DNA of 64,000 bases from an uncultured SAR86 cluster bacterium (GTDB lineage: Bacteria > Pseudomonadota > Gammaproteobacteria > Magnimaribacterales > TMED112). Positions 48,537-57,412 of the stretch are shown piece by piece. Location: the NCBI GenBank assembly GCA_902526535.1, contig CABZLG010000001.1, positions 10,101 through 74,100 on the forward strand, written 5' to 3'. The notes under the pieces were generated by a model. That model ran no database searches. It saw only the letters and a program-made list of their open reading frames with translations, and was not told where the DNA came from. The first letter of the stretch is position 1. The number at the start of each line of letters is the position of its first letter. The position numbers and the translations under genes were made by a program.

Positions 48537-50498
48537 TTGATCAAAAACAGGACCGTAAATGCATTAAGATTTCTGTCTGTAGACAGTGTGGAGAGGGCTG
48601 CTTCAGGACATCCAGGAATGCCACTTGGTATGGCAGACATAGCAGAGGTTTTATGGCGGAAACACCTTAAGCATTCCCCAAATAATCCTAAATGGTTTGA
48701 TAGAGATAGATTTGTCTTGTCAAATGGACATGGCTCTATGCTCCTATATAGTCTTTTGCATCTTACTGGTTATGACTTAACTATCGAAGATCTCAAAGAT
48801 TTTAGACAACTAAAATCTAAAACTCCTGGCCACCCAGAATATGGAATCACATCAGGTGTTGAAACTACAACAGGACCTCTTGGACAAGGGATTGCTAATG
48901 CTGTTGGGATGGCTTTAGCTGAGAAAATATTGGCTAATCTACTAAATAACGAAAAAATAAATGTTATTGATCATTTTACTTACTGCTTTTTAGGCGATGG
49001 ATGTCTTATGGAAGGGATTTCACATGAGGCTATGTCTTTTGCTGGCGTACATGAGCTTAATAAATTAATTTGCTTTTATGATTCAAATGGAATTTCTATA
49101 GATGGTGAAATAAGTGATTGGTACAAGGATGATATTTCATTAAGGTGTAAAGCATATAGATGGAATGTTATCGATAATGTAGATGGACATAATAGAGAAG
49201 AAATTGATAAAGCAATTTCTGACGCAAAAAAGTCAAAAAAACCAACTATGATTGTATGTAATACACATATTGGCTATGGTGCAGGTGATAAGCAAGATTC
49301 TGAATCGTCTCACGGAGCTGCACTTGGACCTGAGATTGTAAAAGAGTTAAGAGAAAACTTAGATTGGCCATTTTCTGAATTTGAAATCCCTCACGAAATT
49401 TATGCAGATTGGGATGCTTCAGACATAGGTCAAAAATATGAAGATGATTGGATTGAAAAAGTCCAAATCCTTAGATCAGAAAACCCTGAGCAAGGAGAAC
49501 TTCTAGAAAGACTATTAAAAGCTAAGCTACCTGAGAAATTTGATTCTAACTTTAGTGCTTTTTTAGAGGAAATTTTGAAGCACAATGAACCAATAGCAAC
49601 TAGAAAAGCTTCTCAGAAAGTTCTTGAATTCTTAAAGAAAAATTTGCCAGAATTGATTGGCGGCTCAGCTGATTTAAGTGGCTCAAATAATACTAATACA
49701 AGTATTTCAAGCCCAATTACCAGCTCCCAAAATGGAAATTATATTTATTATGGCGTCAGAGAGTTTGGTATGAATGCAATAATGAATGGCATCTCACTTC
49801 ATGGAGGGCTTATTCCTTATGCAGGTACATTTCTAGTATTCATGGATTACGGAAGAAATGCTGTAAGAATGGCTGCATTGATGAGGATAAAAGTAATCTT
49901 TGTTTATTCTCATGACAGTGTTGCGCTTGGAGAGGATGGGCCTACACATCAACCGATTGAGCATCTTACCACTTTAAGATCTACCCCAAACATGCACACC
50001 TGGAGAGCAGCTTCATTATTAGAAACAGCAGTTGCATGGAAATCAGCTATTCAAAGAAATGATGGACCATCTTCTCTAATACTTACTAGACAGAATATAG
50101 ACAATATTGAGAATAAAACTTTTGATGATGTGTCAAAGGGAGGATACTTTTTAAGAAAATTTGATGATTCAAATATTCATCTTATAGCTACTGGGTCAGA
50201 GGTTTCTCTAGCACTTGAAGCCGCTGAAATCCTTGAAGAAGAAGGAATTAAATGTAATGTTGCTAGTGTTCCTTGTATTGAAGTGTTAGAAACTAACAAA
50301 CAAATTTATGATGAAATTTTTACAGAAAGCAAAATTAATATTGCCATTGAGTGTAGTCATCCAAATTCTTGGTATGCACATACAAAGAATGTTATTGGAA
50401 TTGAAGAATTTGGAGAATCGGGGAAAGGTCAGATATTAATGGAGCACTTTGGTTTCAACTCAAAAAAAATAGTAGAAAAAATTAAAAGTTTTTTATGA
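48537..50498 (+). CDS. tkt: Transketolase
   Basis: SGHPG, DRFVLSNGH, GDGCLMEG, GEDGPTHQP. Confidence 0.98.
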   Translation: MIKNRTVNALRFLSVDSVERAASGHPGMPLGMADIAEVLWRKHLKHSPNNPKWFDRDRFVLSNGHGSMLLYSLLHLTGYDLTIEDLKDFRQLKSKTPGHPEYGITSGVETTTGPLGQGIANAVGMALAEKILANLLNNEKINVIDHFTYCFLGDGCLMEGISHEAMSFAGVHELNKLICFYDSNGISIDGEISDWYKDDISLRCKAYRWNVIDNVDGHNREEIDKAISDAKKSKKPTMIVCNTHIGYGAGDKQDSESSHGAALGPEIVKELRENLDWPFSEFEIPHEIYADWDASDIGQKYEDDWIEKVQILRSENPEQGELLERLLKAKLPEKFDSNFSAFLEEILKHNEPIATRKASQKVLEFLKKNLPELIGGSADLSGSNNTNTSISSPITSSQNGNYIYYGVREFGMNAIMNGISLHGGLIPYAGTFLVFMDYGRNAVRMAALMRIKVIFVYSHDSVALGEDGPTHQPIEHLTTLRSTPNMHTWRAASLLETAVAWKSAIQRNDGPSSLILTRQNIDNIENKTFDDVSKGGYFLRKFDDSNIHLIATGSEVSLALEAAEILEEEGIKCNVASVPCIEVLETNKQIYDEIFTESKINIAIECSHPNSWYAHTKNVIGIEEFGESGKGQILMEHFGFNSKKIVEKIKSFL

Positions 50499-51607
50499 CA
50501 GATCTTCACTCCATCGATCTTAAAAGTAAGTATGTTGGGCTAAGAGTAGATTTAAATGTTCCTTTAGAAAGCGGAGAAGTATTGAGCCCTGACAGATTAT
50601 CAGCTGTATTGCCAACAATTTTATATATTCTTGAACATACTGATAACATCTGTCTTATAAGTCACCTCGGTCGTCCAAAAGAGGATGATTTTGATCCAAA
50701 CCTCTCCTTGAAGCCTATTAAAGAGTGGTTTGAAAAAAGATTAAATAAAAAAATAGCCTTAGAGAATGAAATTAAAAAAAGTGAAGGTATAAGGATACTT
50801 GAAAATATTCGTTTTTTTAAAGGAGAAAATGAAAACTCTGAATACTTAGGACAAAAGCTTGCGGATATTTTTGATGTATACATTATGGATGCCTTTGCTA
50901 CAGCTCACCGTAAATCTGCTTCAACTTATGGAGCTATAATAAAATCAAAAATTAAATCACCCGGATTTCTATTTAGTAACGAAGTCAGCAATTTAAAAGA
51001 AATTCTTAATAAACCAAATCAATTAGTAAGCATAATTGGAGGTTCTAAAGTTTCAACTAAGCTTGAAGTTGTTGAAAATTTACTTCAGAAATCTGAAAAA
51101 ATTATTGTTGGAGGCGGCATTGCTAATACTTTTCTTAGAGCAGTTGGATATGAAATTGGAGTATCAATTTATGAGGAAAATATGTTAAATAAATGCTCAA
51201 AAATGATTAAAAGTGGAAAAGTTTTGTTACCAGAAAAAGTTTATGTTGCAAGCTCTCCATCTGCTACAGAAGTAAATTTAGTTGATGTTGAAAAAGTACC
51301 AAAAGAAATGATGATTTTAGATTTAGAATTTAAGAGTCAACCTGTATCAAAATATTATAATTTCTTATGGAACGGCCCATTGGGTATTTTTGAGATTGAT
51401 CTTTTTTCAAATGGAACAAAGCAACTGATTGATTTTTTAGCTCAACCAAATAGGAAAGTTGTTGCAGGTGGTGGGGAAACAATTTTTGCTATTAATAAGT
51501 TTTCTGATAAGAAAAATTTTCATTACGTATCCACAGCAGGCGGTGCTTTTTTAGAGTATTTATCGGGCAAAAGCCTTCCCTCGGTTGAGGCATTGGAGTT
51601 AGAATAG
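50495..51607 (+). CDS. pgk: Phosphoglycerate kinase
   Basis: RVDLNVP, SHLGRP, DAFATAHR, WNGP, GGGET, STAGGA. Confidence 0.97.
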   Translation: MTDLHSIDLKSKYVGLRVDLNVPLESGEVLSPDRLSAVLPTILYILEHTDNICLISHLGRPKEDDFDPNLSLKPIKEWFEKRLNKKIALENEIKKSEGIRILENIRFFKGENENSEYLGQKLADIFDVYIMDAFATAHRKSASTYGAIIKSKIKSPGFLFSNEVSNLKEILNKPNQLVSIIGGSKVSTKLEVVENLLQKSEKIIVGGGIANTFLRAVGYEIGVSIYEENMLNKCSKMIKSGKVLLPEKVYVASSPSATEVNLVDVEKVPKEMMILDLEFKSQPVSKYYNFLWNGPLGIFEIDLFSNGTKQLIDFLAQPNRKVVAGGGETIFAINKFSDKKNFHYVSTAGGAFLEYLSGKSLPSVEALELE

Positions 51608-51613
51608 CAAACA

Positions 51614-52627
51614 ATGAATTTTTCCAATTTAAATTCTATAGTGAACTATATTGTAGAAAATGGAAAAGGCATTCTTGCAGCAGATGAAAGCAATCCTACA
51701 TGTAAGAAAAGGTTTGATACAATTTCTGTAGAATCAACAGAAGAAAATCGTAGAGATTATAGACAGCTTTTATTTCAGGCTGAGGGCATGTTAAATAATA
51801 TAGGAGGGGTAATTCTTTTTGATGAAACTATTAGACAAAGCACTAGTGATGGCACTGCCCTTGTAGATTTAATAAAACAAAAGAAAGCACTTCCAGGAAT
51901 AAAAGTTGATAAAGGTCTTACTCCTTTTGAGAACTCAGATATAGAAAAAGTAACACAAGGTATAGAGGATCTTGACTCTAGGTGTGAAGAATACTTCAAG
52001 ATGGGTGCTCTTTTTACAAAATGGCGTGCAGTGATAAGCATTGGAAATAACTTCCCTTCACAAGGATGCATTGACGAAAATGCAAAACTTCTTGCTAGAT
52101 ATGCAAAGATAGTTCAAAACAATAACATGGTTCCTATAGTTGAGCCTGAAGTTCTAATGGATGGCAGTCATAATATTCAGGAATGTTATGACGCTACTTC
52201 TAGAACATTAAAATCGCTTTTTCAAAATCTTGAAAAAGAAAATGTCGATATACCAGGAACTATATTAAAACCAAATATGGTAACACCTGGATCGGATTAT
52301 CAGGAAAAGATCAGTATTGAGACTGTTGCTAACGAAACCTTAAGGTGTCTACATGAGAGTGTTCCTGAAAACCTTCCTGCTATTACATTTCTTTCAGGTG
52401 GACAATCAGAAACTGTTTCAACAGAACACTTAGATGCAATGAATAAGATTGGAGGTTTTCCATGGAAACTAAGTTTTTCATTTGGAAGAGCTTTACAAGC
52501 TGGAGCTTTACAAACCTGGTTAGGTAAATCAGAAAATGTTGATGCAGCACAAAGTGCATTTTCTCATAGGGCTTTAATGAATAAAAAAGCAGCACTTGGC
52601 CAATGGTCAATAAATTTAGAAATTTGA
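51614..52627 (+). CDS. Fructose-bisphosphate aldolase, class I (eukaryote-like)
   Basis: GKGILAADES, GIKVDKG, KWR, VPIVEPEVL, LKPNMV, FLSGGQ. Confidence 0.96.
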   Translation: MNFSNLNSIVNYIVENGKGILAADESNPTCKKRFDTISVESTEENRRDYRQLLFQAEGMLNNIGGVILFDETIRQSTSDGTALVDLIKQKKALPGIKVDKGLTPFENSDIEKVTQGIEDLDSRCEEYFKMGALFTKWRAVISIGNNFPSQGCIDENAKLLARYAKIVQNNNMVPIVEPEVLMDGSHNIQECYDATSRTLKSLFQNLEKENVDIPGTILKPNMVTPGSDYQEKISIETVANETLRCLHESVPENLPAITFLSGGQSETVSTEHLDAMNKIGGFPWKLSFSFGRALQAGALQTWLGKSENVDAAQSAFSHRALMNKKAALGQWSINLEI

Positions 52628-52628
52628 T

Positions 52629-53165
52629 TTGAAAAAACTTGCAGTTTTTCTTTCTTCTGGGGAACCTAATTTCCAAATAAAGTCAGATTTAGACCAAATA
52701 GCAAATTTTCTAGCTGAACAAAAAATATGTCTATTATATGGAGGGGGCAAGCTTGGCTTGATGGGTTATCTCTCTCAAAAAACAAAAAAGTATAATGGAT
52801 ATGTCGAGGGTGTAACAGTCGATATATTTGACAAAAAAAAATTTACCCCAGACTATATTGATTCTCTAGAAGTTGAAACAAATTTTTACGATAGGAAGAG
52901 AAAATTAAATGATCATTCAGATGCATTTCTTATTTTACCTGGTGGAATTGGAACAGCAGATGAATTCTTTGATGTCTTAAACTTAGCTAGTCTTGGTTTA
53001 ATAACAAAAAAAATTATTGTCTACAACAAAAATGATTGTTGGACAGATTTACTAACGTGGATAGATAAAGCTAAAAATATGGAAATGTTGCGTACTATTC
53101 CCAAAAATTTACTTATAGCTGAAAATATAGATGAGCTTATTTTTGCTTTAAAAAGTTATGTCTAA
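52629..53165 (+). CDS. LOG family nucleotide phosphoribohydrolase
   Basis: YGGG.LGLMG, RK, PGGIGTADE. Confidence 0.92.
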   Translation: MKKLAVFLSSGEPNFQIKSDLDQIANFLAEQKICLLYGGGKLGLMGYLSQKTKKYNGYVEGVTVDIFDKKKFTPDYIDSLEVETNFYDRKRKLNDHSDAFLILPGGIGTADEFFDVLNLASLGLITKKIIVYNKNDCWTDLLTWIDKAKNMEMLRTIPKNLLIAENIDELIFALKSYV

Positions 53166-55077
53166 GTTTGATATTAAGAATTTTGTAAACCCACATATAG
53201 CAAACCTTGAAGACTTTAATTCACAATATAAAGAGTCCATTCAAAATCCAAGTACCTTCTTTCTCAAAAAAGCTATTTCTTATATTTCTTGGTTTAAAGA
53301 GCCAAATATTGGACATAATGGAAACTTTGAAGAGCCAAAATGGTTTGAAGATGGAATACTTAATATAAGTTATAACTGCATAGATAGACACGCAAAAAAA
53401 AATCCAGAGAAAATTGCAATCATTTGGCAAGGGGATCAAGAAAGTAACTCTAAAAAAATTTCTTATCAAGAACTTCTAGAAGAAGTTTCAAAATTAGCAA
53501 ATGGTCTAAAGTCTTTAGGTGTTAAAAAAGGTGACAGAGTTTGCATTTATATGCCCATGATCCCTGAAGCAGCATATTCAATGTTTGCCTGCATGAGAAT
53601 AGGGGCCATTCATTCAGTTGTTTTTGGGGGCTTCTCTCCAGAGGCAATTTCATCAAGAATTCTCGATGCTGATTGCGAATATGTGATTACTGCAAATGAG
53701 GGAATTAGAGGCGGCAAGACAATCCCACTTAAGTTCAGTGTAGATAAAGCATTAGAGAAATGTCCAAAAATTAAAAAAGTGATAGTTTTTCAATACACAA
53801 AAACGGATGTTACTTGGAATAGTAAATTAGATATTACTTATAGGGAATTAGTTGCTAATCAGCCGATACAATGTGAGTGTGCTGAGTTAAAAGCTGAAGA
53901 CCCTTCATTCATACTTTATACTTCTGGTTCAACAGGAAAGCCTAAAGGAGTGCTGCATACAACTGCAGGCTATCTTTTGGGTGCAAATCTTTCATTTAAA
54001 TATATTTTTGGAATAAGAGATGATGATATACATTGGTGCACTGCAGATGTAGGTTGGATAACAGGTCATACTTATATTCTTTATGGACCTCTTTCAAATG
54101 GAATTACAACAGTAATGTTTGAAGGAGTCCCTACTTATCCTGATCCCTCAAGGTTTTGGAAGGTATGTGATAAACACAAAGTAAACATTTTTTATACTGC
54201 ACCTACTGCAATAAGAGCACTCATTGCAAAGGGCGACAAGCATCTTGAAAGTACTTCTCGAGATTCAATAAGAGTTCTAGGGACGGTTGGGGAGCCTATT
54301 AATCCTGATGTTTGGGAATGGTATTACCATGAGGTAGGCAAAAGTAATTGTGAAGTAGTAGATACTTGGTGGCAGACTGAAACAGGCTCAGTTTTGATAT
54401 CACCTGTTGCAGGTGTTACTCCAAAAAAACCTGGTTCAGCAACTTTACCATTTTTTGGGGTAAAACCTTCGCTAGTTGATGGCAATGGAAAAGAGCTTGA
54501 AGGAGATGCAAAGGGAAATCTTTGCATAGATTCATCTTGGCCAAGTCAAATTAGAACTGTCTATGGCGATCATAAACGAATGACTGATACATACTTTAGT
54601 CAATACAAAGGAAAGTATTTTACTGGTGATGGGGCTAAAAGAGATAAAGAGGGCTACTACTGGGTTACTGGAAGAGTTGATGATGTCTTAAATGTTTCCG
54701 GACATAGAATTGGAACTGCAGAAGTTGAGAGTGCAATCGTTAATCATGTAGATGTTGCTGAAGCAGCAGTTGTAGGGATAGAACACGACATAAAAGGTCA
54801 GGCAATTTATGCTTATGTAATTTTAAAGGATAATAATAAAGATAAAAAAATAATTAATGATGAAATTCTTGAAGAAGTCTCTAAAATAATAGGGAAGATT
54901 GCTAAGCCAGAGGCTATTCAATTTACAAGAGATTTGCCAAAGACTAGATCAGGAAAAATCATGAGAAGAATTTTAAGAAAAATAGCAAATAATGAATTTG
55001 AAAATTTAGGTGACACAACTACACTTGCAGATCCCTCAGTAGTTGAAGAGCTCATAAAAAATAAAAATGAAAGATAA
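53158..55077 (+). CDS. acs: Acetyl-CoA synthetase
   Basis: YTSGSTGKPKG, DTWWQTE, GRVDDV, PKTRSGK. Confidence 0.98.
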   Translation: MSKFDIKNFVNPHIANLEDFNSQYKESIQNPSTFFLKKAISYISWFKEPNIGHNGNFEEPKWFEDGILNISYNCIDRHAKKNPEKIAIIWQGDQESNSKKISYQELLEEVSKLANGLKSLGVKKGDRVCIYMPMIPEAAYSMFACMRIGAIHSVVFGGFSPEAISSRILDADCEYVITANEGIRGGKTIPLKFSVDKALEKCPKIKKVIVFQYTKTDVTWNSKLDITYRELVANQPIQCECAELKAEDPSFILYTSGSTGKPKGVLHTTAGYLLGANLSFKYIFGIRDDDIHWCTADVGWITGHTYILYGPLSNGITTVMFEGVPTYPDPSRFWKVCDKHKVNIFYTAPTAIRALIAKGDKHLESTSRDSIRVLGTVGEPINPDVWEWYYHEVGKSNCEVVDTWWQTETGSVLISPVAGVTPKKPGSATLPFFGVKPSLVDGNGKELEGDAKGNLCIDSSWPSQIRTVYGDHKRMTDTYFSQYKGKYFTGDGAKRDKEGYYWVTGRVDDVLNVSGHRIGTAEVESAIVNHVDVAEAAVVGIEHDIKGQAIYAYVILKDNNKDKKIINDEILEEVSKIIGKIAKPEAIQFTRDLPKTRSGKIMRRILRKIANNEFENLGDTTTLADPSVVEELIKNKNER

Positions 55078-55825
55078 CAAACTTGTTTTAATTTCTGGTT
55101 CAGGAAGAGGCCTTGGAGCATCTATTGCTGAATCGTTTGCAAACAAAGGATATAAGGTTGCTATAAATTACTGTAAGAGTGAAAAACAAGCACACGAATT
55201 AGCAGATAAATTAGGCTCTGATGTAATAGCTTTTTATGGAGACGTTTCCTCTAAAGAAGATGTAGTTGAATTGAATAAGAATATTCGCGACACATTTAAA
55301 AAAGGTCCAGACATCTTGGTAAATAATGCTATGACTGAATATTTATTTAATGGTGATTTAAGAAAAAAAGCTCATGAAGTCACTTGGGGTGAGATTCAAA
55401 ACCATCTTGATGTAACAATTAAGGGATCATTAAATTTGATACAAGAACTTTTCGATAATATGAAAAAAAATAATTTTGGAAGGATAATTAATGTTGGAAC
55501 AAACTTATTTCAGAATCCAGTAGTTCCATATCATGATTATATTATTGCTAAATCTGGTTTATTAGGATTAACAAGAAGTTTTGCCAAAGATCTTGGTGAA
55601 TTTGGTATAACGGTCAATATGGTATCTGGAGGTTTGCTTAAAGTTACTGACGCCAGTGCTGCAACTCCAGATGAGGTTTTTGATGCAATTGCCTCAATGA
55701 CTCCATTGCAGAGGGTTACTACAACTAAAGATTTCTCAGATGCATTAATATTTTTTGCTTCAGATGAAGCAAGATCAATAACCGGTCAAAATCTTACAGT
55801 AGATGGAGGATTAACTTTTAATTAA
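55067..55825 (+). CDS. Short-chain dehydrogenase/reductase (FabG-like subfamily)
   Basis: SGSGRGLG, VNNA, YIIAK (YxxxK), NLFQNPVVPYHDY. Confidence 0.9.
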   Translation: MKDNKLVLISGSGRGLGASIAESFANKGYKVAINYCKSEKQAHELADKLGSDVIAFYGDVSSKEDVVELNKNIRDTFKKGPDILVNNAMTEYLFNGDLRKKAHEVTWGEIQNHLDVTIKGSLNLIQELFDNMKKNNFGRIINVGTNLFQNPVVPYHDYIIAKSGLLGLTRSFAKDLGEFGITVNMVSGGLLKVTDASAATPDEVFDAIASMTPLQRVTTTKDFSDALIFFASDEARSITGQNLTVDGGLTFN

Positions 55826-55867
55826 AAAAAGACCAGAATTCTGCCAAATATAAACGTTGTTAAATGC

Positions 55868-56164
55868 CTAAGAGATTTGTCTAAGATTCTTAAACTTACA
55901 AGTCATGAAACCATTTTGATGATTAATCAAGAATGAGTCATTAATTACATTTTTAAAACTGAAGGAAATTTTATATGGTTTTTTTATAATGCAGCTCTTA
56001 GGGGTAATAATGTCACCTTTAAAATAAATATCATCTTTTAATTTAAAAATGATGTCTTCATTTTTCATAATAAAAATTTGATCTATATCCTTTACAGAAA
56101 AATGGTTGTCCGAGTACAACATTGAGCCAAAAAATAATAAAAATAATATTTTGATAGTTTTCAT
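55868..56164 (-). CDS. Small secreted hypothetical protein (98 aa)
   Basis: Start at 56164 after AGGA; signal peptide MKTIKILFLLFFGSMLYS followed by DNH; two Cys. Confidence 0.7.
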   Translation of the reverse strand: MKTIKILFLLFFGSMLYSDNHFSVKDIDQIFIMKNEDIIFKLKDDIYFKGDIITPKSCIIKKPYKISFSFKNVINDSFLINHQNGFMTCKFKNLRQIS

Positions 56165-56181
56165 ATTTCCTATGTAGTGTA

Positions 56182-56221
56182 TTGTTACAAAACTGTCACT
56201 TAAATGTAATATATATGTAAC
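56182..56221. promoter_or_regulatory. Four 11-bp-phased NTGTNAY heptamers (PhoB/OmpR-family-like operator)
   Basis: TTGTTAC 56182, CTGTCAC 56193, ATGTAAT 56204, ATGTAAC 56215. Confidence 0.55.
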
Positions 56222-56251
56222 TATCTTTTTTGTCAATTAGATGATCAAAAA

Positions 56252-56368
56252 TTAGTCAATTTTATTTTGCTTATTCTTTCTAGAATACGTCTTCTTTTGG
56301 GGTTTTACCCTCATTTTGTACTTTGGTGTTTTTAGATCTTTAGCTATTAGATTTCTTTTTCTTTTCAT
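56252..56368 (-). CDS. Putative ArfA/ArfT-like alternative ribosome-rescue factor (38 aa, not in ORF track)
   Basis: Hand-translated MKRKRNLIAKDLKTPKYKMRVKPQKKTYSRKNKQNKID; motif resembles the ArfA core; overlaps tatC end by 29 nt. Confidence 0.65.
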   Translation of the reverse strand: MKRKRNLIAKDLKTPKYKMRVKPQKKTYSRKNKQNKID

Positions 56369-57050
56369 TGCTTAATAATAAGCCTAATTCAAATAAAAAA
56401 TACATAGGCACAGCAAGAAGTATTTGTGAAATTACATCTGGTGGAGTAAAAATCATGCCAAAAACAAAACACAAAACAAGAACTATACCTCTGTATTCCT
56501 TAATTTTATTTTTATTAAGAATATTTAAAGAAATTAATATATTTACAATTAATGGAACTTGAAAAGCTGTTCCAAAAGCGAAGGAAAGCGTCAAAGCAAA
56601 TGAGTAAAATCTAGAAATGTCAGTAGAAATTTCAAGATTACTTGGCCCAACTGTTGAAAAAAATGCAAGTGCATTTGGAACAACTAAGAATAAGCAAAAA
56701 ATAACTCCTATATAAAATAAAATAGTTGCTAAAAATGTTTTTGAAAAAATAGCTAGCTTTTCAGACTTATATAATCCAGGCGCCATGAAGCTTAAAATTT
56801 GCCAAATAAATATTGGAAGTGAGACTAAAAAAGCAATAAATAGTACAAGTTTCAAAGGAATCAAAAATGGCGAAGTTACTTCAATAGCAATTAGAGTCTT
56901 TTGATCTACTAAATCTAAGAAATGCAAAAAACCATCAAATAAATAATTTGTAAAAGGCAGCAAAACAATAAATGAAATTATAAAAATAGTAATTGAAAAT
57001 AAAATTCTATTTCTTAATTCTCCAAAGTGAGATGAAAGACTACTGCTCAT
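56340..57050 (-). CDS. tatC: Twin-arginine translocase subunit TatC
   Basis: HFGELRNR, FMAPGLY, FQVP, TPPDVISQ, LFE. Confidence 0.96.
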   Translation of the reverse strand: MSSSLSSHFGELRNRILFSITIFIISFIVLLPFTNYLFDGFLHFLDLVDQKTLIAIEVTSPFLIPLKLVLFIAFLVSLPIFIWQILSFMAPGLYKSEKLAIFSKTFLATILFYIGVIFCLFLVVPNALAFFSTVGPSNLEISTDISRFYSFALTLSFAFGTAFQVPLIVNILISLNILNKNKIKEYRGIVLVLCFVFGMIFTPPDVISQILLAVPMYFLFELGLLLSNEKKKKSNS

Positions 57051-57276
57051 CTTCTTTATCAAACTCTTTCATTTTTTTTTCGTTAAAGACTTCTTGCTTT
57101 AATTCTTGATAATTAAACTCTCTCTCTAAGTCTTCTTTTGCATTATCAAATGTAGAGCGGATCTTAATAAAAGACTTCATTAGATCCCTTAAGTATTTTG
57201 ATATTTTTTCTGGTTTTGCGGCAACAAAAAAAACCAGAATAATAATAAAAAGTTCAGGAATTCCTATCTGAATCAT
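57040..57276 (-). CDS. tatB: Twin-arginine translocase subunit TatB
   Basis: IGIPEL, TM helix, PEK hinge, amphipathic helix; between tatA and tatC. Confidence 0.85.
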   Translation of the reverse strand: MIQIGIPELFIIILVFFVAAKPEKISKYLRDLMKSFIKIRSTFDNAKEDLEREFNYQELKQEVFNEKKMKEFDKEDEQ

Positions 57277-57412
57277 TATCCTCTTTAATCTCTTTTTTGA
57301 AACCTTTCAAAGCTTTTCCTATATCACTTCCCAAAGTTCTTAATCTTTTAGTTCCAAAAACTAAGATTATTATTGCTAGAACAACAATTATCTGCAGCCA
57401 ACCAATGGTCAT
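57254..57412 (-). CDS. tatA: Twin-arginine translocase subunit TatA (52 aa, not in ORF track)
   Basis: Hand-translated [52 protein letters not shown]; GGAG RBS, ATGA overlap with ubiB. Confidence 0.95.
   Translation of the reverse strand: MTIGWLQIIVVLAIIILVFGTKRLRTLGSDIGKALKGFKKEIKEDNDSDRNS

Noticed and set aside
56165-56236. N-terminal extension of the 122-aa ORF (TTG start at 56236)
   Set aside because: Overlaps the phased repeats; the ATG at 56164 has an RBS and begins a clean signal peptide
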